Positions 57,040-64,000 of a stretch of 64,000 nucleotides of DNA are shown here, in pieces. This stretch comes from Candidatus Omnitrophota bacterium. Its GTDB lineage: Bacteria; Omnitrophota; Gorgyraeia; 2-01-FULL-45-10. Position numbers and translations under genes: made by a program. The stretch lies in assembly GCA_026387175.1 (NCBI GenBank), contig JAPLME010000006.1:172078-236077 (forward strand), given 5' to 3'. The notes beneath the pieces were generated by a model. It saw nothing but the letters and a program-made list of their open reading frames with translations. It did no database searches and was not told where the DNA came from. Position 1 is the first letter of the stretch. Each line of letters opens with the position of its first letter.

Positions 57040-57411
57040 TTACTGTTTGGCCGGGCTCTCCTGTGTAGCCGGACTTCCCTGCGCGGCCCTGGACTCAGCC
57101 AAAAGCTTATCGTAAGATGCCTTAAGGGATATTTTTTCGTCGAGAAGCTTATCGTATTCGGCCTTGAGCGCGGCCTTTTCGTTAATAGCTGTTTCGAGTT
57201 TAGTCGCCTGGTCCATCTTTTCATTCAAGAGCGCGTCATACTCGTTCTTCAGAGCGTCTTTAGCCTTCATCATGACGGCCACCTTCTCTTCGAGGATTAT
57301 CTTCTCGTTTTGTAATGCCTCATATTTATCCCTGGGCACTCCGCAACCTATCAATAAACCCGCCAGAGAAAGCGCCATACCGCATAACCCGACCACCTTA
57401 AGAGCTTTCAT
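57040..57411 (-). CDS. Coiled-coil lipoprotein
   Basis: Lipobox LLIG-C, 14-residue repeats (LK.EYD.LL.EK). Confidence 0.8.
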   Translation of the reverse strand: MKALKVVGLCGMALSLAGLLIGCGVPRDKYEALQNEKIILEEKVAVMMKAKDALKNEYDALLNEKMDQATKLETAINEKAALKAEYDKLLDEKISLKASYDKLLAESRAAQGSPATQESPAKQ

Positions 57412-57438
57412 TTCGTCATTACCTCCGTAAAAATCGCG

Positions 57439-57912
57439 CTATTGCTTCACCAAATATTTATCAAGAGCCGCCAGCGTCTTCGGGCCGCATTTACCGTCTG
57501 CCTTCAAGCCATTGGCCTTCTGGAAATCTATTATGGCCTTTTTGGTCCTCGGGCCTATTTTACCGTCGATTATTCCGGTATAGAAACCCGCCGCCTTAAG
57601 GGCCTTCTGTATATCCTTATTCCTGTCCTGCGCTACCTTTGTAACCGTGGCGGCGGATTTCTCCGCAACCTCGGGAAGAGCTGCCGTAGCAGGAATCGGC
57701 TCGGACGCCAGGCTTTGTGCCGGCTCTACTATCACATTCTGCGCGGCCTGCTGCGCGCTCATCATACCCTCCGGAGGCAATGGTGTCGTCGTCTCGGTCG
57801 TCTCTAACTTAGCTTCCTCGGCAGGCTTCTCAACCTTGCCTTTGCACCCGAATAAAGCGATCGGTAGTACTATTATTGCAACCAAAAATACCGCCAAAAA
57901 CTTTTTATTCAT
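57439..57912 (-). CDS. Lipoprotein with peptidoglycan-binding domain (PG_binding_1)
   Basis: Lipobox LFG-C; IQKALKAAGFY.G.IDG.IGPRT..AI..FQKANGLKADG. Confidence 0.88.
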   Translation of the reverse strand: MNKKFLAVFLVAIIVLPIALFGCKGKVEKPAEEAKLETTETTTPLPPEGMMSAQQAAQNVIVEPAQSLASEPIPATAALPEVAEKSAATVTKVAQDRNKDIQKALKAAGFYTGIIDGKIGPRTKKAIIDFQKANGLKADGKCGPKTLAALDKYLVKQ

Positions 57913-57935
57913 CCCCTGCTCCTTTCTTTAATGTG

Positions 57936-57963
57936 ATTATACCGCCATGCGGTTCTTTGTCAA
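57936..57963 (-). promoter_or_regulatory. Consensus sigma70 promoter
   Basis: TTGACA (57963-57958), 16 nt, TATAAT (57941-57936); AAGGAG RBS. Confidence 0.7.
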
Positions 57964-58796
57964 GTTATATCTCTTACCGTTCCGAGCTTCGATGTGACTA
58001 CGGCGCCGAAACCGGCTATCAGAAATACCGATTTTACTATGGCGCCGGCTATCGGTACGAATCCTATTAAAAATAAGACCACCATGCCGAGAATTGCGCT
58101 AAGAAAAGATATGGCCGGCTTATTTATCGTTAAAAATATCTTATTGCCGATAAATATCGCCGACGCAATGTACCCTATTAACAGGGCCAGCGCCACCAGA
58201 AGCACTTCAAGAGGTATTAATACTATGCCCACTATGCTTATAGCCAGCAGCACGGCTATGGGGACGATAAGCATCGTCCATAAGACGCCCCATAAGAACA
58301 TGCCCAGGAACGAACGCTCGATAGAAAGCACTATCGCGCTCATATGTTCGGGAACGAGCGCTATCACAAGGACCGAAAGCCCTAGAAATCCGAGGAGCGC
58401 CAGGAGACTTATGGTCGCCCAGAAGGCCATCCATCCTCCTTTAAAAAAATCGATGACGGACGGAATAAAATGCGGCATATAAACTTGAGTGATCTTGCCG
58501 AGAACCTGCGCGGCAGGGTCCTTCGATATCTCTCCGACCACCACAGCGCTGCCGCCGACATACGACCCGCTCTTCAGCGTCATAACGCCTCCGACAACGA
58601 CGATATTGCCCTCCACTCGCCCGAGCACAGTAAGATTGCCATCGATCACGATCACGTCCTTCACCGTCATATCCCTGGAGATCTCCAGATCTTTTCTGAG
58701 CTTAATAACATCGGGTTTTTCGTCAGCCGATGCTATCGATACGGCAAATAATAGAAGAAGACCTAAAGCGACAAAGACGGATAAACGTTTTATCAT
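57960..58796 (-). CDS. Membrane protein with bactofilin-like beta-helix N-domain
   Basis: Signal peptide, V.G.V.G.IVVVGG repeats, about five C-terminal TMs. Confidence 0.7.
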   Translation of the reverse strand: MIKRLSVFVALGLLLLFAVSIASADEKPDVIKLRKDLEISRDMTVKDVIVIDGNLTVLGRVEGNIVVVGGVMTLKSGSYVGGSAVVVGEISKDPAAQVLGKITQVYMPHFIPSVIDFFKGGWMAFWATISLLALLGFLGLSVLVIALVPEHMSAIVLSIERSFLGMFLWGVLWTMLIVPIAVLLAISIVGIVLIPLEVLLVALALLIGYIASAIFIGNKIFLTINKPAISFLSAILGMVVLFLIGFVPIAGAIVKSVFLIAGFGAVVTSKLGTVRDIT

Positions 58797-58799
58797 AAT

Positions 58800-59966
58800 T
58801 TATCCTCCCCTCTTCTTAAGCGTCTTCATGAAACGTTCGATCCGCGAGAGCGCTTCTTTGAGCCTATCCATATTGGACGCGTAAGATATTCTCAGATATC
58901 CTTCGCCGAGAGATCCGAATGCCGTGCCCGGCACAACCGCCACTTTCTCTTTACTCAGAAGTCTTTTCGAAAACTCCAAGGATGAGAGACCTGTCTTTTT
59001 TATCGACGGGAAAGCATAGAACGCTCCTTCCGGACGGTGGCATGGCAATCCTATCTCGTTCAGGCGGGAGATGACGAACTCTCTCCTTCGCTTATATTCG
59101 CGCTTCATCTCCTGGACAGACCTCTCCCCGTATTTAAGGGCCTCCAGCGCCGCCATCTGTGAAATGATCGAGGCGCAGAGCATTGTGTACTGATGTATCT
59201 TAGTCATCGCCGCGATCAGGTTGGCGGGGCCGCAGGCATATCCGACCCTCCATCCTGTCATCGCGTATGATTTCGAGAATCCGTTCAGATATATGGTGCG
59301 CTCTCTCATCTTTGGAAGCGTCGCGAAAGGCGTGTGCTCGAAATCGTAAGTGAGGTCGCAATATATCTCATCGCTTATCATTATGAGATCGCGTTTCAAC
59401 ACCACCTCGGATATGGCTTTAAGTTCTTTCCTGGAATAAGAAGCGCCTGTGGGATTATTGGGATAGTTCAATATCATCGCTTTAGTCCTATTATCACAGA
59501 GTTTCGTTATGTCTTTAGGCGTGATCTTGAAATTTCCATCCGGGCTCGTATTTATCGAAATAGGCCTACCGCCGCAAAGCGTAGTGATCGGCGCATAGGA
59601 GACATACGCCGGCTCAGGTATCAGGATCTTGTCATCTCTGTCAATAATGGCTCTCAACGAAAGATCGAAAGCCTCGCTGACACCCACCGTTATGAGTATC
59701 TCCTCTTCGGGATCATAGTCAAGACCGTATCTGTGCTTTAAAAATTTCGACACCTCGCGGCGAAGGTCGATAAGGCCTTTGTTGGACGTGTAAGAGGTGT
59801 AGCCCTCCTCTATAGCGTAGATGGCTCTCTCCCTTACGTTCCAGGGAGTCACAAAATCGGGCTCTCCCACGCCGAGCGATATGACATCTTTCATCCCAAG
59901 GACGAGATCAAAGAATACCCGTATGCCCGAAGGCGGTATCTGGTCGACTATTTTCGCTGTTTTCAT
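58800..59966 (-). CDS. Class I/II PLP aminotransferase
   Basis: SLGVGEPDF, NYPNNPTG, SDEIY, GFSKSYAMTGWRVG. Confidence 0.95.
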   Translation of the reverse strand: MKTAKIVDQIPPSGIRVFFDLVLGMKDVISLGVGEPDFVTPWNVRERAIYAIEEGYTSYTSNKGLIDLRREVSKFLKHRYGLDYDPEEEILITVGVSEAFDLSLRAIIDRDDKILIPEPAYVSYAPITTLCGGRPISINTSPDGNFKITPKDITKLCDNRTKAMILNYPNNPTGASYSRKELKAISEVVLKRDLIMISDEIYCDLTYDFEHTPFATLPKMRERTIYLNGFSKSYAMTGWRVGYACGPANLIAAMTKIHQYTMLCASIISQMAALEALKYGERSVQEMKREYKRRREFVISRLNEIGLPCHRPEGAFYAFPSIKKTGLSSLEFSKRLLSKEKVAVVPGTAFGSLGEGYLRISYASNMDRLKEALSRIERFMKTLKKRGG

Positions 59967-59973
59967 TATTTTC

Positions 59974-60462
59974 TTACAAGCTTATCGCGGGACGCTTGGA
60001 CCTCTCCGGCTGTTTTAAGATATCTCCGTCTTCTTTATATTTCTTCAATATGAAATGGGTGACCGTCCCCCTCACGCCTTCCATCGGAGACAGCTTCTCG
60101 CTGACAAAGCCCGAGACCGTATGTATGTTCTTGCCTTCGACGACGACCAGCAGGTCATAGGTGCCGGACATCAAATAGCAGCTGGTGACCTCGGGAAACT
60201 GGTATATGCGTTCAGCCAGATGATCGAATCCGACATTCTTCTGCGGCGTGAGTTTTACTTCGATCAAAGCGCGCACATCGCTATTTTCCTCTTTTGATAA
60301 CTCCCTATTTATTATAGTTTTATATTTAAGTATGATCCCATCCTTCTCCATCTTCTTTATGGCCAGGGCCACGGCCTTAGGCGTCATCCCAAGCATCTTC
60401 GCTATATCCGCGGGAGTGGCGCGCGCGTCACGCTCCAGTATCTCAACTATCTCATTCATCAT
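59974..60462 (-). CDS. Lrp/AsnC family regulator
   Basis: N-terminal HTH, YLMSGTYDL, THFILKKYK; paired with aminotransferase. Confidence 0.92.
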   Translation of the reverse strand: MMNEIVEILERDARATPADIAKMLGMTPKAVALAIKKMEKDGIILKYKTIINRELSKEENSDVRALIEVKLTPQKNVGFDHLAERIYQFPEVTSCYLMSGTYDLLVVVEGKNIHTVSGFVSEKLSPMEGVRGTVTHFILKKYKEDGDILKQPERSKRPAISL

Positions 60463-60480
60463 TAAGTCCCTCCTGGAATG

Positions 60481-60524
60481 TAAAAGGGGCGAACCCTTAT
60501 GTTATTGAGGGCGCGCCCCTTTTA
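60481..60524. terminator. Intrinsic terminator-like hairpin
   Basis: TAAAAGGGGCG...CGCCCCTTTTA. Confidence 0.7.
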
Positions 60525-60550
60525 TGAAAAATCTCGATTTAACTCTTCTA

Positions 60551-61075
60551 TTATTTTACTCCCTCGTCGCCGCTTACGGAATCCGGGGCTGCGGCCGGGG
60601 CTGTATTCGCGGAGGCATCCGAAAGATGCTTACTCAGCATATCCCATGTCTTTCGGCCTACCACACCGTCGGCTTTGAGCCCATTGGCCTTCTGGAACTC
60701 TTTTATGGCCTTTCTAGTGCTCTTGCCTTTCACTCCGTCGATTTTACCATTATAGTAACCGGCGTTCTTAAGGGCCTGCTGGATATCTCTCATCTTTTCG
60801 GAGCGCGAACCTTCTCTCGTCTTCACGCTGATATTGGTCTTAGCCTGTGCGCCGGTAGTTTTGAGTTCGTCAAGAGCCTGGGCCTGTTCGGCGGCCAGGC
60901 GTTCAACCTCAGCCTGTTTTGACTCAACACCCTCTACTCTCGACTCAAGAGTCTCAACTCTGGTCTTGATTCCCGTAACTTCCGTTTGTACTTTCTTCTG
61001 GGACGTTCCGCATCCGGAAATAATAAATGCGGCTAAAATAGCCACAGTTAAACAAACTAAACTCTTCCTGCCCAT
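60551..61075 (-). CDS. Coiled-coil lipoprotein with peptidoglycan-binding domain
   Basis: Lipobox ISG-C, heptad coiled coil, IQQALKNAGYY.GKIDG...FQKANGLKADG. Confidence 0.88.
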   Translation of the reverse strand: MGRKSLVCLTVAILAAFIISGCGTSQKKVQTEVTGIKTRVETLESRVEGVESKQAEVERLAAEQAQALDELKTTGAQAKTNISVKTREGSRSEKMRDIQQALKNAGYYNGKIDGVKGKSTRKAIKEFQKANGLKADGVVGRKTWDMLSKHLSDASANTAPAAAPDSVSGDEGVK

Positions 61076-61106
61076 TTCTCCTCCTCCTTAAAATTAGTTA
61101 TAAAGG

Positions 61107-61135
61107 ATTATACGGCACTGCCGGGCAAATTGCAA
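61107..61135 (-). promoter_or_regulatory. Putative sigma70 promoter
   Basis: TTGCAA, 17 nt, TATAAT; AGGAGG RBS. Confidence 0.6.
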
Positions 61136-61163
61136 TGAAAATCTGCAAAAAATATCCTTCGGG

Positions 61164-61946
61164 CTACTTCGCCTTGAGGATCTTGGCGGCTTCTTTGACC
61201 GAGGAGCCTTCGTGGACGATCGAACGGATGGCTTTTATCATTCCGACCGCGTTATTCGACTGCCATATATTACGGCCCATATCCACGCCATGGGCGCCTG
61301 AGCGTATAGCCTCATAAGCAAGGTTAAGCACATCCATGCTGGTTTCGAGCTTCGGCCCGCCGGCGACGACTATAGGCACCGGGCAAGATCGCACCACCTT
61401 CTCAAAATCTTCGCAATAATATGTCTTCACGACCTGTGCGCCGAGCTCGGCGGCGATCCGACAACACAGGCTCAGGTAACGGGCGTCTCTCTTTTCGAGC
61501 TCTTTACCGACCGCCGTAACCGCCAGGACCGGCATGCCGTATCTCTGGCCCTCATTTACAAGCTGGCTCAGACACGTCAGAGTCTGGTTCTCGTGTTCCG
61601 TCCCTACATATATGGAGAAAGCCACCGCCGAGGCATTCAACCTGAGCGCGTCCTCCATTGACGTCTGTATAGACTCATTCGATAACGCGGGCCCGGCTAT
61701 TGAATTGCCTCCGGAGACCCTGAGAAGAAAAGGTATATCCAGGCCGGCGTCAATGCAGTTTCTGAGGACGCCCCGCGTCAACATCAGAGCGTCTGTGTAA
61801 GGAATAAGCGGCTTTATCGTCTTTGCCGGCTCCTCCAGCTTCGATACGGGCCCCAGAAAATATCCGTGGTCTATCGCAAGCCATACCGCGTTTCCAGTCT
61901 TCGGCTTTATCAGCCTCGAGAGCCTGTTCTTCATGCCCCAATCCAT
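61164..61946 (-). CDS. lsrF: LsrF-like class I aldolase/thiolase
   Basis: MDWGMKNRLSR, AIDHGYFLGP, AAELGA..VKTYY, AGGPK, GVDMGRNIWQ. Confidence 0.8.
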   Translation of the reverse strand: MDWGMKNRLSRLIKPKTGNAVWLAIDHGYFLGPVSKLEEPAKTIKPLIPYTDALMLTRGVLRNCIDAGLDIPFLLRVSGGNSIAGPALSNESIQTSMEDALRLNASAVAFSIYVGTEHENQTLTCLSQLVNEGQRYGMPVLAVTAVGKELEKRDARYLSLCCRIAAELGAQVVKTYYCEDFEKVVRSCPVPIVVAGGPKLETSMDVLNLAYEAIRSGAHGVDMGRNIWQSNNAVGMIKAIRSIVHEGSSVKEAAKILKAK

Positions 61947-61980
61947 ATTCTACCTCCGAATTTTGCGATGTAAATAACCT

Positions 61981-63759
61981 CTACCTGCCTTTTAGCTTCG
62001 CCTTCAGGCTATGCAGCTCTTCTATCAGTTCCTTCGGTATACGGCCGTCAAACTTATTGAAAAAAGCTTCGGCGTCCTCTGACTCTTTTTGCCATTCATC
62101 GAATTTGACCGCGAAGAGGCGCTCGAGATTCTCCTTCGATATCGAGAGCCCTTTCAAATCAAGGTCATTGACATTCGGCAGATATCCAATCGGCGTTTCT
62201 CTGGCACCTATTTTATCATTAGTCCTTTCAATGATCCACTTCAGCACACGGATATTATCTCCGAAACCCGGCCATATGAATTTGCCCTGACCGTCGGTCC
62301 TGAACCAGTTAATAGAAAATATCTTTGGGGGACGGGTCATTCTCTTGCCAATGTCGAGCCAATGGCCGAAATAGTCACCCATATTGTAGCCGCAGAACGG
62401 GAGCATGGCCATCGGATCTCTCCTGAGAACTCCCTCCGCATGCGTGGCGGCCGCCGTCGTCTCGGAACCCATAAGAGCGCCGGAAAATACCCCATGCTGC
62501 CAATTCTTCGACTCTACAACCAGCGGCATCATATGGGTGCGCCGGCCCCCGAAAAGGATGGCCGAGATCGGCACTCCCCGCGGGTTCTCGAACTCCCTTG
62601 AAAGGCTCGGGCACTGTGAAACGGAAACGGTAAAACGTGAGTTCGGATGCGCGGCCTTTTGGCCCGAGGCCGGGTCATACTTATTACCCAGCCAGTCTAT
62701 AAGATTTACCGGAGGGGTGCCATCTATACCTTCCCACCATGGTTCGTTCGTATCGGCGTTCAAAGCGGTATTCGTGAAGAGCGTCGGGTAGAATGTCCCT
62801 TTTAAGAGGGTGCGCATCATGTTGGGATTGGTCTTCATCGATGTGCCAGGCGCCACGCCGAAAAACCCGGTCTCCGGGTTGATCGCCCAGAGCCTGCCGT
62901 CGGATCCGACGTTGAGCCACGCGATATCATCGCCGAGCGTCCAGATTTTATAGCCGGGCAACGCGGACTCCAGCATCGCCAGGTTCGTCTTGCCGCAGGC
63001 GCTCGGCAGCGCGGCTGTGATGTAAGTGATATTGCCGGCGGGATCCTGTATCCCCACGATGACCATATGCTCGGCCAGCCATCCTTCCTTCTTGCCGAGC
63101 CATGACGCTATTCGCAGGCTGAAACATTTCTTGCCGAGAAGCGCGTTGCCGCCGTATCCGGAGCCGATCGACCATACCAGGTGCTCGTCCGGAAAATGCA
63201 TGACAAACCGTTTGTTCGAATCGAAATCACCGACCGAGTGTATGCCTTTTACAAAATCGGCGCTGTTGCCGATCTTGGCGATAGAATACCTGGACATGCG
63301 CGTCATGATGCGCATGCTCACCGCGACATACGAAACATCCGTTAACTGAATACAGGCTTTGGCGTATGGCGACTGCGGATGGCCCATCATGTATGGAAGC
63401 ACGTACATAGTGCGGCCCTTCATGCATCCGTCGGAGAGCTTTGCCATCTTCTCCTTCGCCTCTTTCGGGTCCATCCAATTGTTATTCGGGCCGGCCGTTT
63501 GCTTGTCGGGATGGCATACGAAAGTGAGATGCTCGGTGCGAGCGACATCTGTAGGATGGCTGCGGTGATAATAACTATTGGGGAAAGTTTTGTGATTTAA
63601 CTCTTTGAAGACCGGGCTGCCTTCTATCTTCTCTTCCTTGATGCCGATCTCGATAAGGCGGTGCGCCTCTTCCTCGGAGCCGTCGCACCAGTATACTCTG
63701 TCGGGCTTTGTGAGCTTCGATACTTCATCTACCCATCTCTCCAGCGGCGTTGCCATCAC
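61981..63759 (-). CDS. pckG: Phosphoenolpyruvate carboxykinase (GTP)
   Basis: SGYGGNALLGKKC, WLAEHM, PSACGKTNLAM, GDDIAW, AHPNSRF, DPMAMLPFCGYN. Confidence 0.96.
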   Translation of the reverse strand: MMATPLERWVDEVSKLTKPDRVYWCDGSEEEAHRLIEIGIKEEKIEGSPVFKELNHKTFPNSYYHRSHPTDVARTEHLTFVCHPDKQTAGPNNNWMDPKEAKEKMAKLSDGCMKGRTMYVLPYMMGHPQSPYAKACIQLTDVSYVAVSMRIMTRMSRYSIAKIGNSADFVKGIHSVGDFDSNKRFVMHFPDEHLVWSIGSGYGGNALLGKKCFSLRIASWLGKKEGWLAEHMVIVGIQDPAGNITYITAALPSACGKTNLAMLESALPGYKIWTLGDDIAWLNVGSDGRLWAINPETGFFGVAPGTSMKTNPNMMRTLLKGTFYPTLFTNTALNADTNEPWWEGIDGTPPVNLIDWLGNKYDPASGQKAAHPNSRFTVSVSQCPSLSREFENPRGVPISAILFGGRRTHMMPLVVESKNWQHGVFSGALMGSETTAAATHAEGVLRRDPMAMLPFCGYNMGDYFGHWLDIGKRMTRPPKIFSINWFRTDGQGKFIWPGFGDNIRVLKWIIERTNDKIGARETPIGYLPNVNDLDLKGLSISKENLERLFAVKFDEWQKESEDAEAFFNKFDGRIPKELIEELHSLKAKLKGR

Positions 63760-63775
63760 ATTCCCTTTAAAATAG

Positions 63776-64000
63776 CTATTTTTGCGGTTCGATAATTACT
63801 TTGATCGACTCTTTTGCCTCCGAGACAAGCCTGAACCCCAGGCCCGTCTCTCTCAGAGCGAGCCGGTGCGTTATCATATCATAAACACTTATTTTTTCAA
63901 GGCATATTTTATCCAGCGCGTCAAGGTGGTCCTGCGGGCTTCCCGCATAAGAGCTTGTCACGGTAACCTCGCTCCGCCAGAATATATCATTCGTTGAGAC
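63776..64000 (-). CDS. Zn-dependent alcohol/sugar-alcohol dehydrogenase, C-terminal part (5' end outside the window)
   Basis: Frame stays open to the window edge: ...WRSEVTVTSSYAG...MITHRLAL...SIKVIIEP. Confidence 0.75.
   Translation of the reverse strand, partial: VSTNDIFWRSEVTVTSSYAGSPQDHLDALDKICLEKISVYDMITHRLALRETGLGFRLVSEAKESIKVIIEPQK

Noticed and set aside
56973-57224. 83-aa alternative-frame minus-strand ORF
   Set aside because: Overlaps the lipoprotein gene out of frame; no RBS or motifs.

Overview
Ordinary chromosomal window from a diderm bacterium (LptD, ExbBD, YaiO-like barrel); gene content and style suggest Omnitrophota/PVC (inference only). About 69 protein genes all lie on the minus strand. 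No rRNA, tRNA, CRISPR array, integrase or transposase was seen. In coordinate order the contents are: nucleotide-sugar genes (wecC/wbpA-like, rml, ugd); lptD; two GAF-GGDEF proteins; an orphan ABC ATPase; accD; an orphan corrinoid protein; asnB; a CIRCE-controlled hrcA-grpE-dnaK-dnaJ operon; hflX/miaA/miaB; peptidoglycan-recycling-like genes; feoAB; a tightly coupled glycan-synthase/signalling cluster; Mg/metal transport genes with ExbBD; a GH57 alpha-glucan cluster; PG-binding lipoproteins; lsrF-like and pckG genes. Best leads: (1) the cluster of processive GT2, HEAT protein, YaiO-like barrel, GDT1, four stand-alone receivers, two PAS kinases and a eukaryote-type hexokinase; (2) a covarying 52-nt tandem RNA motif in the leader of the GH57 operon; (3) a ~205-nt nested-hairpin element at 42976-43180; (4) an archaeal-looking DnaK; (5) in-frame palindromic insertions in rmlD. 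All family calls come from motif recognition, not database searches.
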